A DNA stretch of 64,000 nucleotides from Gammaproteobacteria bacterium (GCA_963854585.1 CAWKZU010000005.1:13806-77805); one strand, 5' to 3'; shown: positions 43,422 through 53,252, counted from the stretch's first letter. Made by a program: numbers and translations. Notes: a model not told the origin generated them from the sequence alone.

Positions 43422-45255
43422 GGACAAAAAGTTTCTTCTGCAGATTGTTGGTTTAGGTTGCATCTTAGCCTTTATTAGCGGTTGTACGCCAACTACAACG
43501 ACACAGAGTGGGAGTGTACCCGTTGCTTTTATTGCTACCACCGAAAATGCTTCTCTTTACGAGCAAGCTGAAATCTTATTTGCCAGAGCGCAATCAGTCG
43601 AGGTGCCAGGCGAAATCTTGTTGCAAGCAGCAATTTTATTTGCCAAAAGTGGCGACAAGAACAGGACGGGTGAATCGCTGGCGCTAATAGATCCAGATGA
43701 GCTGGAAAATGTCGACTTTATCAACTACACCCTCCTCGGCATCGAGCTAAATTTACAGTCCGCCTCTCTGGCTGAAGCACTGCTAAAATTACAAGCTACA
43801 CGTTTTATCGCACTGAAATCATCCTTTAAACGCCAAGATGTCCTGCACGCGCTAAGTCTTGAGTCAGATATTAATGCCAAACTTGGCAACATAGAATCAA
43901 GCATTAACGCGTCTATACGGCTGGCTCAATTACTGAACAAAAAAAGTGACGTGCTCAATGTACACAATAAGATTTGGCGACAGCTATCTGCACAGCCCTA
44001 CAATTTTTTGCAACGATGTTTTAACCAAGCCGAACCTATTCTCGGACAGTGGTGCAACTTAGCAGCCGACATGCGGTTGCTTCAAAGTAACTACCCTGGC
44101 CAACTAATACAATTTAGTAACTGGAAGACTGTCAATCTTTCTCATCCCGCGGCTCGAACACCACCAACTGGGCTCAAGCAAAATCGGAAAAATACCTCCT
44201 CATCACAGGTGGCTCTGTTACTGCCACTTCAATATGATTATAGAATTCCTAGTCAGACATTTTTAGATGGTTTTATGGCTGCCTATTACCAGCTCTTTGA
44301 GCAAAGCAATACGGAACCACCAAACATAAGGCTCCACGACACATCAAACCAAACTATACAACAAGCCTACGAAAACGCTATTGCTGAAGGAGCCGAGATG
44401 GTGATCGGAGGCTTACGAGAATCAGAAGCTCAAAGCCTCATGCAACTGCCCATAATGCCTGTGCCAACTATTAGCTTAAATCGCCTAGATCGCGTTGATA
44501 CTCAGCAACCCGTAAACCTGGTTCAGTTTGGTAATTCACCAGAGGATGAGATGACTCAAATCGCCGATCTGGCATGGCGTAAAGGTCATCGTAATGCCAT
44601 AGTAATAGCGCCAGATAACAACTGGGGTGTTCAGGCGGCACGTTCTTTCGATACTTATTGGAGACAAAAAGGCGGCCAACTCTTGGGTCAGGTGAGCTAT
44701 CCCATGACAATCAAAGACTTCACGCAATTTCTCAAGCCATCATTACAGATTGACTTGAGCGAAGACCGCGGTGTTGAGCTTAAGCGCTTTGTAAATAGCC
44801 GGCTAATTTACACACCCAGGCGTCGCCAAGATATCGACTTCATTGTGGCTCTGGGGTATCCGTTGAATGCTAGACAAATCAAACCAGCACTAGAATTTCT
44901 GTATGCTGCTGATCTACCTGTTTACTCTATTTCAAAAATCTACAATGGCGTCGAACAAGCCGGACTTGACAGAGATCTGTCAGGAATACAGTTCACCGCT
45001 ATGCCCTGGACTCTGCCGGGGCAGCTAGCCAAAGAATTACACTCTGATGAGACAATGCATACCGCCTATAGACAGCTTTACGCCCTTGGCTACGACACAT
45101 TTTTAGTCCATCGAAATCTAGATAAATTAAGTTCAGTAACGCAATCGCCTCTTTTTGGGGCTATGGGAGTTCTGTCGCTAAGCCAAGGGGTGATAAAGCG
45201 AACTGGCCGATGGGGAGAGTTTAATCAGGGAAAGGTAACCGAGGTCACCCCCTAG
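43420..45255 (+). CDS. lpoA: Penicillin-binding protein activator LpoA (LppC family lipoprotein)
   Basis: Lipoprotein signal with ISGC lipobox; VALLLPL, GFMAAY, RRRQDIDFI, LYALGYD; conserved rsmI-lpoA-yraN context. Confidence 0.88.
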   Translation: MDKKFLLQIVGLGCILAFISGCTPTTTTQSGSVPVAFIATTENASLYEQAEILFARAQSVEVPGEILLQAAILFAKSGDKNRTGESLALIDPDELENVDFINYTLLGIELNLQSASLAEALLKLQATRFIALKSSFKRQDVLHALSLESDINAKLGNIESSINASIRLAQLLNKKSDVLNVHNKIWRQLSAQPYNFLQRCFNQAEPILGQWCNLAADMRLLQSNYPGQLIQFSNWKTVNLSHPAARTPPTGLKQNRKNTSSSQVALLLPLQYDYRIPSQTFLDGFMAAYYQLFEQSNTEPPNIRLHDTSNQTIQQAYENAIAEGAEMVIGGLRESEAQSLMQLPIMPVPTISLNRLDRVDTQQPVNLVQFGNSPEDEMTQIADLAWRKGHRNAIVIAPDNNWGVQAARSFDTYWRQKGGQLLGQVSYPMTIKDFTQFLKPSLQIDLSEDRGVELKRFVNSRLIYTPRRRQDIDFIVALGYPLNARQIKPALEFLYAADLPVYSISKIYNGVEQAGLDRDLSGIQFTAMPWTLPGQLAKELHSDETMHTAYRQLYALGYDTFLVHRNLDKLSSVTQSPLFGAMGVLSLSQGVIKRTGRWGEFNQGKVTEVTP

Positions 45256-45272
45256 CCGTTTTACTCAAAGGA

Positions 45273-45695
45273 ATGAGTATAAATATGTCGTATTATAATT
45301 ATGTTACTGGCGGTCTAGGGAAAAGTACACTACCGTCTCTTAAGGGCTCTCAAGCAGAGCAGATAGCCTTAGAATATTTAGTAGAAAAAGGCCTTGTACT
45401 TCAAACCAGGAATTTTGGTACTCGTCGCGGCGAAATTGACCTCATCATGAATGATGGGGATTACTTAGTGTTTGTCGAAGTGCGATTTCGTCGATCGTCT
45501 GCCTTTGGTAGTGCTGAGGAGTCGATTACTCAACAAAAGTGTAGGCGCCTAACAGCCGCAGCACAAGGCTATATGCAGGCGAATAAATTAACCAATCGGG
45601 TTCAAGCAAGGTTTGATGCATTAGCGGTAAGACCTGATACAAATAGACCATCAGGCTATAGTGTAAACTGGATTAAAAATATCCTGACTGATTAA
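45273..45695 (+). CDS. yraN: YraN family (UPF0102) protein
   Basis: GSQAEQIA, GEIDLIM, VFVEVRFR, RFDALAV. Confidence 0.92.
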   Translation: MSINMSYYNYVTGGLGKSTLPSLKGSQAEQIALEYLVEKGLVLQTRNFGTRRGEIDLIMNDGDYLVFVEVRFRRSSAFGSAEESITQQKCRRLTAAAQGYMQANKLTNRVQARFDALAVRPDTNRPSGYSVNWIKNILTD

Positions 45696-45767
45696 ACTAG
45701 CACCAATATTCGGTTCCAAAAAACGTTACTAAAGACAAAAATAGATTCAAGGCAGCGAGTACACATA

Positions 45768-46331
45768 ATGAATCAAGATATATTTAATCACTTCCAAAAT
45801 GTAATTGAGACGACGATGGTTGTGGGCGATATATGTTCAGGCTCGATTGCCAATGCTGCAGAAATTATTACCACCGGTCTTCTTAATGGGCATAGTGTTT
45901 TTAGTTGTGGCGAAAAATCAGGTAGTCTGATGGCTCAATTATTGACTGACCATTTATCACTCGGCTTTGAAATTGAGCGACCGGCTTTCCCCGCACTAAA
46001 TATGAATAAAATGTGCGCAGAAATAACGACGCAAAATCGTTTTGCTATTGTGATTGAGACTCATGCTAGGAGCTCCGACGTACTCGTTGTTATTAGCGCC
46101 GGTGATAATAGTCCGTCTATGGTTCACGCGGTGGAATCTGCCATTGAAAAGGGTATGGTGGTAGTGCTATTGTCGGCAGTTAACGATGATCGATTGAGCG
46201 CCAGCATTGGTTATAATGATGTTAATATTAGCGCTGGTCAGTTTTCAGGTCAGTTAGTGACTCAGGCTCAATTTCAAATAGTACAATGCCTTGGCGCGTT
46301 GGTTGAAAATAAAATTTTTGGAGGTTCATAA
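45768..46331 (+). CDS. Degenerate SIS-domain protein (GmhA/DiaA position)
   Basis: FSCG, ERPAFPA, DVLVVISA, C-terminal CLGALVENKIFG; sits between yraN and the BON gene. Signature residues have diverged. Confidence 0.75.
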   Translation: MNQDIFNHFQNVIETTMVVGDICSGSIANAAEIITTGLLNGHSVFSCGEKSGSLMAQLLTDHLSLGFEIERPAFPALNMNKMCAEITTQNRFAIVIETHARSSDVLVVISAGDNSPSMVHAVESAIEKGMVVVLLSAVNDDRLSASIGYNDVNISAGQFSGQLVTQAQFQIVQCLGALVENKIFGGS

Positions 46332-46916
46332 ATGTTTCGCTTAGCCACAGTTCTTTCTCTTCTTATTATGTTATCTGGGTGTACTGCGATTGTAGATAAG
46401 GTGACCGACGAACCTTTCCGGCCAGATCCTACGGGTAAAAGCGCGGGTAAGAATTATGATGATAGTAAAATGGAAACCTTTATTGGGGTTAATATTAGAA
46501 AAGCAGATCCAGCATTAGCTAGGGCTCATGTGAAGGTAACCGTATATAACGGATTAGTGCTCATTACAGGAGAAGCACCTAATCAAGAGATGAAAGCCCT
46601 TGCCGGTGACACTGCTCGTGATTACCACGGGCAACGTAAAGTGTATAACGAGCTGCAGCTGAGAGGTAAAACCTCTATCGTATCAAGAACTAATGATTCA
46701 TTGATCAGTGGTAAAATTAAAACCAAACTAGCCTTTACCAAAGGTATCGATTTTTCTGACATGAAGATTGTCACTGAAGACAGCGTGGTGTATCTACTTG
46801 GCACTCTCTACGAAGATATGGGTGATATAGCAGCTGAAGTTGCTCGCAACACTCGAGGTGTAAGTAAGGTTGTTAAATGCTTTGAGTATGTTGAAAAATC
46901 AGAGCCCACAGACTAG
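46332..46916 (+). CDS. Dual-BON domain lipoprotein (YraP/DolP-like)
   Basis: Lipobox LSGC; VYNGLVLITGE, VYNEL, NDSLISGKIK, VVYLLG. Confidence 0.88.
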   Translation: MFRLATVLSLLIMLSGCTAIVDKVTDEPFRPDPTGKSAGKNYDDSKMETFIGVNIRKADPALARAHVKVTVYNGLVLITGEAPNQEMKALAGDTARDYHGQRKVYNELQLRGKTSIVSRTNDSLISGKIKTKLAFTKGIDFSDMKIVTEDSVVYLLGTLYEDMGDIAAEVARNTRGVSKVVKCFEYVEKSEPTD

Positions 46917-48091
46917 ATCAACTCGATAGCCATCGCTGTAGCCTCTCCTCCGCCAATACAGAGGCTAGCGACGCCCTTTTTGCCACCCGTAAGCTGTAAT
47001 GCATGAATTAAAGTAACCAGAATTCGTGCACCACTGGCACCAATCGGATGGCCTAATGCGCAGGCTCCTCCATGAATATTAAGCTTTTCATGAGGAATAC
47101 CTAATTCCTGCATGGCGGCCATAGCCACCACAGCAAAAGCTTCGTTGATTTCCCATAAATCAACTTGATCTACAGCCCACCCCACTCGCTTTAAAGTATT
47201 ATTAATCGCGGTGACAGGAGCTGTCGTAAACCATTCAGGTGCTTGAGATGATTCATCATAACCATGAATCAGCGCAATGGGCTGAAGCCCTCTTGCTTGA
47301 GCTTCATCTGCCGCCATCAAGGTCAATGCTGCTGCACCATCTGATATAGAACTAGCGTTGGCTGCGGTGACGGTACCGTCTTTTTGAAAGGCGGGTTTGA
47401 GTTGTGGAATTTTATCAGGTTTCGCGTTACCAGGCTGCTCATCAGTATCGACAATAACGTCACCACGGCGACTGGAAATAGTTACCGGAACGATTTCAGC
47501 CTTGAAAAAACCCTGATCAATAGCCGAATTTGCACGACGTAAAGATTCAATAGCAAAGGCGTCTTGCATCTCACGACTAAATTGATATTTGGCTGCACAG
47601 TTCTCTGCAAACTGCCCCATCGCAACGCCCTGATAGGCATCCTGTAAACCATCGTACTGCATGTGATCTAATATTTGAGCATGCCCAAACCGATAGCCTT
47701 GCCGCCCCTGGGGTATAAGATATGGTGCTCGACTCATACTTTCCATGCCACCGGCAACGATAATTTCAGACTGCCCAGAGCGCAATGTATTGCCAGCCAC
47801 CATGACTGATTTCATGGCCGAACCACACACTTTGTTTATTGTGGTACATGACGTGGATTGAGCCAAGCCAGCCGCTAGCGCAGCTTGTCGAGCCGGTGCC
47901 TGTCCCTGTCCAGCTGTCAACACAGAGCCCATCAACACTTCATCAATTTTAGAAGGGTCTGCGCCAGACCGTTCGATAGCTGCGGCAATTGCAAGGGCAC
48001 CAAGGTCGGGAGCTGACAATGAAGACAATGAACCCAGCATTCCGCCGATTGGAGTGCGAACAGCGGATAATATTGCGATAGGTTTCGACAT
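46913..48091 (-). CDS. Acetyl-CoA C-acetyltransferase (thiolase)
   Basis: TINKVCGS (Cys), NEAFA, GHPIGASG, SLCIGGG. Confidence 0.96.
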   Translation of the reverse strand: MSKPIAILSAVRTPIGGMLGSLSSLSAPDLGALAIAAAIERSGADPSKIDEVLMGSVLTAGQGQAPARQAALAAGLAQSTSCTTINKVCGSAMKSVMVAGNTLRSGQSEIIVAGGMESMSRAPYLIPQGRQGYRFGHAQILDHMQYDGLQDAYQGVAMGQFAENCAAKYQFSREMQDAFAIESLRRANSAIDQGFFKAEIVPVTISSRRGDVIVDTDEQPGNAKPDKIPQLKPAFQKDGTVTAANASSISDGAAALTLMAADEAQARGLQPIALIHGYDESSQAPEWFTTAPVTAINNTLKRVGWAVDQVDLWEINEAFAVVAMAAMQELGIPHEKLNIHGGACALGHPIGASGARILVTLIHALQLTGGKKGVASLCIGGGEATAMAIELI

Positions 48092-48309
48092 ACTAAATTC
48101 CTTTTGTGCCTTTGCGATTAATTATTCTGGTGATAATTGGGCAGAATGCAAGAAAACATTGTTTTTAACAAGTTGTAATTTTATATTAATCAATAAGGTT
48201 AAACTATCAGTTGCCCGCTCTTTTCATCAAGTTATTGCGCGCGCACAGTTCCCAGTACTGGGAGTTTCTAAAAGGCCGCAGTTCAAGGTCAGAATTGCTT
48301 ATACTTGAG

Positions 48310-48732
48310 CTATTTTACCACTCGTAGCGAGGGTTTAGGCTTAATAGATTTATCTTTAGCGTCAGAGCTTCTAACCATCTTTGGTGCAGAGGGCGGAGGT
48401 GCAGGGGGGGGCGGCTCGGGGCTATCTTCTTTGTCGAACACCATCCCCTGACCATTTTCTTGGGCATAAATCCCAAGAACACCGGCAATCGGAACATAAA
48501 TATCTACGGGCATACCATTGAATCTAGCCGAGAACTGGACATCATCACCATCCAAACTTAAATTGGTCACTGCCCTCGGAGCGATGTTCAATACAATTTG
48601 TCCGTCTTTCACAAACTCTTGCGGCACTGCAACCATAGGATGATGTGCATCAACGATAATGTGTGGGGTGCAGTCGTTATCGACTATCCAGTCGAAGAAA
48701 GCTCGCAAAAGGTAAGGTCGATTAGGGGTCAT
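48310..48732 (-). CDS. sspB: ClpXP specificity-enhancing factor SspB
   Basis: RPYLLRAFFDWIVDNDCTP, IVLNIAPRAV, C-terminal PSLRVVK. Confidence 0.97.
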   Translation of the reverse strand: MTPNRPYLLRAFFDWIVDNDCTPHIIVDAHHPMVAVPQEFVKDGQIVLNIAPRAVTNLSLDGDDVQFSARFNGMPVDIYVPIAGVLGIYAQENGQGMVFDKEDSPEPPPPAPPPSAPKMVRSSDAKDKSIKPKPSLRVVK

Positions 48733-48746
48733 TTTATCTCAATTGA

Positions 48747-49373
48747 TCACTCGCGAATTTCTCGCTCTAGATCCGTTAAGCTCTCTTGAAAGGATGGTCG
48801 TTCAAATAATCGGTCCATATAGTCAAGAAGAGGCTTTATCTGGCGGTTAGTTGGCAGAGTGATCCCCAACTCTGGCAATCGCCATAGCATGGGCGCCAAA
48901 CAACAATCTACCAAGGTAAATTCTTCGCTCATGAAGTACGGTACTTCTTCGAAAATACTAGCAACGGTCATTAAGGATTCTCGGAATTCTTTCCGAGCAG
49001 CTTCAGCCGCTTTACTGTCTGGACTAGCGATAATCTTATCAACAAGGCCACACCAGTCCCGCTCAACACGGTATATCCAAAGACGGCTCTCAGCTCGAGC
49101 CACTGGATACACAGGTAGAAGAGGCGGATGAGGAAAGCGCTCGTCCAAATATTCCATGACCACTTTCGACTCATAAAGAGCCAAATCACGGTCAACCAAT
49201 GTGGGAAGTGTGCCATAGGGGTTGGCCTCTAGAATCTCTTCAGTCACTGATTTTGGATCAATATCTTCGATATCAACCGTTACACCCTTTTCCGCAAGAA
49301 CAATCCGCACACGATGACTGTACTGACTTGTTGGGTCTGAAAATAATGTCATTGAAGATCTACGCACGAACAC
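48747..49373 (-). CDS. sspA: Stringent starvation protein A (GST fold)
   Basis: [37 protein letters not shown]. Confidence 0.97.
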   Translation of the reverse strand: MFVRRSSMTLFSDPTSQYSHRVRIVLAEKGVTVDIEDIDPKSVTEEILEANPYGTLPTLVDRDLALYESKVVMEYLDERFPHPPLLPVYPVARAESRLWIYRVERDWCGLVDKIIASPDSKAAEAARKEFRESLMTVASIFEEVPYFMSEEFTLVDCCLAPMLWRLPELGITLPTNRQIKPLLDYMDRLFERPSFQESLTDLEREIRE

Positions 49374-49470
49374 CTCTCATTTTATGATTATTAGTTAATT
49401 GAGGACTTATCTATTCCTCATTTAAGCGGTAAATAGACATCTATTTACCACAAAAAAATAGCGGCAAAGA

Positions 49471-51504
49471 CTAGTGGATGCCCTTCCAATATTCTCGATT
49501 TAAAAGCATGACTGGCACCATCAATAACAAAAGGAACAACAACACCATCTTGCCTATATGTTTCCGTTGTTCCGCCATAGGTTCTGCAACATAGGTTAGA
49601 AAATTAACTAAGTCAAAAACGGCTGCATCGTATTCCTCAGGCGACAAACTGCCTGCTTTAATGATTTCATAACCACCGCAAGGGTTATCTAAAACGTCTT
49701 CACCAGTGAGTAAATCACGCTTAATACCACCATTAGTCGCTAAACTGGAACCTGGAATACACTCGGTTAATCCCTGTAGATCAAGAAGCGCATGGGGCAT
49801 GCCCACATCTTTATAGACTTTGTTGTTGACGCCTAGCGGTCGAGATGGATCCGCGTAAAAATGGCGTAGATAAGTATACACCCACTCTGGCGAGCGAGAT
49901 CTTGCTACTAGAGTTAAATCAGGTGGAGTAGCACCAAACCATTCCTTAGCTTTATCCGAAGGCATGGCGATATCCATTAGTTCACCAATCTTTTGGCCAC
50001 TAAAAATCATATTGTCCAGCATCATCTGATGAGGGATATTAAGGTCATCAGCGACCCTCTCCCATCGAGAATACTTAAACGAATGACAACCCATACAATA
50101 ATTCACCGCTAATTGCGCACCGCGTTGTAGCGAGGCATCATTATTAAGCTGTGGCTCAAATGGGTCACAGTTGATAGTGCCACAGGATTTACCTTCTGAG
50201 CCAACGGCCTTAATAGGTAAGATAACCATAGTCGCAACCACCAAGATTGCTCCGATGGTCTTCCAAGCCCCTATACCGCCATCCATAGTGATGCGATCAG
50301 GCTCTGGCTTAGTGCTTTCAATTCTGGTCCAGAAATAGATCCCGATAAAGTAAGAGAAATACAATATTGTACAGATTTGGGTAAGAACTGTTCGCGCAGC
50401 GGTAGGCGCTTTAACACCAAGATAGCCAAGAATAATAAACACCGCAGCTAACATCAAAATAGCGACGCGACTGAACATACCCTTATATCGTATAGATCGT
50501 ACTGGGCTTCGATCTAACCAAGGCAACACGAACAAAATAGCTATAGCCGCAGCCATCACAATAAAGCCACCCAACTTGTCGGGAACAGCGCGCAACATTG
50601 AATAAAATGGCGTGAAATACCAAACCGGCGCAATATGCTCTGGCGTCTTCAAGTTATTAGCTATTTCAAAATTAGCATACTCTAAGAAAAAGCCACCCAT
50701 CTCAGGCATGAAAAAGAGAATTACACAAAAGACAAAAAGGAACACCACAATCGGCACCAGATCATGAATAACAAAATAAGGGAAGAACGGGATGCCATCA
50801 ATGGGATTCCCTTTGGCATCTTTATACTTTTTGATACTGACACCGTCAGGGTTATTGGACCCAACATCGTGCAGCGCAATAATATGCATCACGACAAGTG
50901 CTAAAAGAATAATTGGAATAGCGACCACGTGCAATGACATAAAGCGGTTTAGGGTGATACCAGAAATAAGGTAATCGCCACGGATCCACTGGACTAGATC
51001 TTCGCCCACCACTGGAATGGCACCAAACAGAGAGATAATGACCTGTGCGCCCCAATAAGACATCTGTCCCCAAGGCAACACATAGCCTAAGAAAGCTTCA
51101 GCCATAAGCGCTACGTATATGGTCATACCAAAGATCCATACAAGCTCGCGAGGCGGCTTATAAGACCCATACATAAGACCACGGAACATGTGCATATAGA
51201 CCACAATAAAGAAGGCAGAGGCCCCCGTACTATGCGCATAGCGAATGATCCAGCCAAGTTCAACATCACGCATGATGTATTCGACAGATGCAAAAGCCTG
51301 CTCTGCTGAGCCTTGGTAACTCATTAATAACCAGACACCGGTAACTAGCTGAATCACCAACACGACCATTGCCAGTACACCAAAGTAATACCAGAAATTA
51401 AAGTTTTTAGGCGCATAGTACTCCGCCATATGACGATTCCACTCACGTTTGAGCGTAGGCATTCTTGAATCTAACCAAGCTGCAAAACCTTTTTCTTCAC
51501 TCAT
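49471..51504 (-). CDS. petBC: Fused cytochrome b / cytochrome c1 of the bc1 complex
   Basis: One 677-aa ORF: cytochrome b heme ligands (YAHSTGAS..YMHMFRG; SLHVV..VMHIIALH), PVWY Qo motif, then c1 CMGCH, GMPHAL and a C-terminal TM. Confidence 0.96.
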   Translation of the reverse strand: MSEEKGFAAWLDSRMPTLKREWNRHMAEYYAPKNFNFWYYFGVLAMVVLVIQLVTGVWLLMSYQGSAEQAFASVEYIMRDVELGWIIRYAHSTGASAFFIVVYMHMFRGLMYGSYKPPRELVWIFGMTIYVALMAEAFLGYVLPWGQMSYWGAQVIISLFGAIPVVGEDLVQWIRGDYLISGITLNRFMSLHVVAIPIILLALVVMHIIALHDVGSNNPDGVSIKKYKDAKGNPIDGIPFFPYFVIHDLVPIVVFLFVFCVILFFMPEMGGFFLEYANFEIANNLKTPEHIAPVWYFTPFYSMLRAVPDKLGGFIVMAAAIAILFVLPWLDRSPVRSIRYKGMFSRVAILMLAAVFIILGYLGVKAPTAARTVLTQICTILYFSYFIGIYFWTRIESTKPEPDRITMDGGIGAWKTIGAILVVATMVILPIKAVGSEGKSCGTINCDPFEPQLNNDASLQRGAQLAVNYCMGCHSFKYSRWERVADDLNIPHQMMLDNMIFSGQKIGELMDIAMPSDKAKEWFGATPPDLTLVARSRSPEWVYTYLRHFYADPSRPLGVNNKVYKDVGMPHALLDLQGLTECIPGSSLATNGGIKRDLLTGEDVLDNPCGGYEIIKAGSLSPEEYDAAVFDLVNFLTYVAEPMAEQRKHIGKMVLLFLLLLMVPVMLLNREYWKGIH

Positions 51505-51506
51505 AA

Positions 51507-52112
51507 CTAAGCAACCTCCGTGTCAATGCCAATGATAACAATGCTGTCTGACTCGTAACTGTGGGGTGGGACTTCTAGATTTGTAGGGGCTGGAACACCC
51601 GCAAAGACTCTACCAGAAAGATCGAACTTAGATCCGTGACAGGGACAGAAGAATCCGCCTAACCAAGAGTCACCCCCAAGATCTGCGGCGCCAACATCAG
51701 GCCGATACAAAGGCGCACAACCTAAGTGAGTGCAAAGTCCGACCAAAATCAAATACTCTTCTTTACCGGCTAAGGTGCGAGCGCTGCCCTTAACATAGCC
51801 AGGCTGTGATGCCTCTTCAGAATCAACATCTCTCAAAATATCACTATCAATAGCATTAATTGCTGCAAGAGATTCTGGCGTTCGCCGAACGATATAAACC
51901 GGCTTGCCTCTCCACTCAACAACCATACGCGCCCCGACTTCAAGCTTTGAGATATTAACTCTTACAGGCGCTCCTGCGGCTTTAGCTTTAGCGCTGGGCT
52001 GCCAAGAGGCTACAAAAGGTACGGCGGCACCTACGACTCCAGCTCCACCAATTACAGAGGTTGCACCCAATAAAAATTTTCGGCGGCTCTCATTCACAAC
52101 GTCACCACTCAT
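51507..52112 (-). CDS. petA: Rieske iron-sulfur subunit of the bc1 complex
   Basis: Tat signal SRRKFL; CTHLGC and CPCHGS. Confidence 0.98.
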   Translation of the reverse strand: MSGDVVNESRRKFLLGATSVIGGAGVVGAAVPFVASWQPSAKAKAAGAPVRVNISKLEVGARMVVEWRGKPVYIVRRTPESLAAINAIDSDILRDVDSEEASQPGYVKGSARTLAGKEEYLILVGLCTHLGCAPLYRPDVGAADLGGDSWLGGFFCPCHGSKFDLSGRVFAGVPAPTNLEVPPHSYESDSIVIIGIDTEVA

Positions 52113-52186
52113 GGCGCTCCCCCAGATAGAAATAGATTAATGATTAGAAAAAACCAGAAAATAGACACTCAAATTTTCACGCCGCT

Positions 52187-52215
52187 ATAGTAAATGAAAT
52201 CGGTTTTTTACGCAA
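52187..52215 (-). promoter_or_regulatory. Putative sigma70 promoter of the pet operon
   Basis: Minus strand TTGCGT (52215-52210), 17 nt, TACTAT (52192-52187). Confidence 0.6.
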
Positions 52216-52260
52216 CCGACAGCAGATAGATGTGGGGCTAAGTTATTGATTTTATTGGGC

Positions 52261-52293
52261 AAAAAAAAGCCCGACCAATGAGTCGGGCTTTTT
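52261..52293 (-). terminator. Intrinsic terminator of rplM-rpsI
   Basis: aaaaaaaagcccgac-caatga-gtcgggcttttt; stem flanked by A/T runs. Confidence 0.9.
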
Positions 52294-52307
52294 AATAAAA
52301 CTATTAA

Positions 52308-52700
52308 TTAGCGCTTAGAGAACTGCGGGCGCTTACGTGCTTTGTGCAAGCCGACTTTCTTACGCTCAACCTGTCTCGCATCTCGCGTCAAGAACCCTGC
52401 TTTACGCAATGGTGAACGCAGGTTTTCATCATAGCTAACCAAGGCTCGAGCAATACCATGGCGAATTGCCCCAGCTTGCCCAAAGTTCCCACCACCGGCA
52501 ACGGTGATGTTTAAGTCAAACTTTTCAACCATATCGACAACTTCAAACGGCTGCCGGATAATCATCCGGGCCACTTCACGACCAAAGTAGACGTCGATGC
52601 TGCGATCATTGATTTTAATATTGCCATTTCCAGAAGTCATGAAAACGCGCGCTGCGGATGTCTTTCGACGTCCAGTACCATAAAATTGAGTGTCTGCCAT
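52308..52700 (-). CDS. rpsI: 30S ribosomal protein S9
   Basis: [29 protein letters not shown]. Confidence 0.99.
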   Translation of the reverse strand: MADTQFYGTGRRKTSAARVFMTSGNGNIKINDRSIDVYFGREVARMIIRQPFEVVDMVEKFDLNITVAGGGNFGQAGAIRHGIARALVSYDENLRSPLRKAGFLTRDARQVERKKVGLHKARKRPQFSKR

Positions 52701-52712
52701 AATCGCTTTCCG

Positions 52713-53141
52713 TTACAGGTCGAGTGTTTGAGGTTGCTGTGCAGAATGCGGATGATCCGCGCCTACATAGACCTTCAACTTTCTAAACATTTCCCGACCC
52801 AGCGGGCCGCGGGGCAACATGCCCTTAACTGCTTTCTCAAGAACACGCTCAGGCGCCTTCTCAATCAACTTTTCAAAAGTGATGTCTTTAATTCCGCCTG
52901 GGTAACCAGTGTGAGAATAATAAATCTTACCCTTAGCCTTGTTACCGGTAACGGTGATTTTCTCAGCGTTCACGATGACAATATAATCGCCAGTATCAAC
53001 ATGAGGGGTAAATTCTGGTTTATGCTTTCCTCGAAGACGTGAAGCAACTTCGGTCGCCAAGCGCCCTAGAGTTTTTCCATCCGCGTCAACCACAAACCAA
53101 TCGCGTTCTACTGTTTCTGCTTTTGCACTAAATGTTTTCAT
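52713..53141 (-). CDS. rplM: 50S ribosomal protein L13
   Basis: [28 protein letters not shown]. Confidence 0.99.
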   Translation of the reverse strand: MKTFSAKAETVERDWFVVDADGKTLGRLATEVASRLRGKHKPEFTPHVDTGDYIVIVNAEKITVTGNKAKGKIYYSHTGYPGGIKDITFEKLIEKAPERVLEKAVKGMLPRGPLGREMFRKLKVYVGADHPHSAQQPQTLDL

Positions 53142-53183
53142 TATTTTCTACCTGGAATTGGGACATCCCCAAAAAGGGTGCGA

Positions 53184-53212
53184 ATTGTAATGATCAGCGT
53201 GCCCTAATACAA
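53184..53212 (-). promoter_or_regulatory. Putative sigma70 promoter of rplM-rpsI
   Basis: Minus strand TTGTAT (53212-53207), 17 nt, TACAAT (53189-53184). Confidence 0.72.
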
Positions 53213-53252
53213 GGCCTGTTTACTCCAAAGTTTAACTTTTTTATATTAGAAT

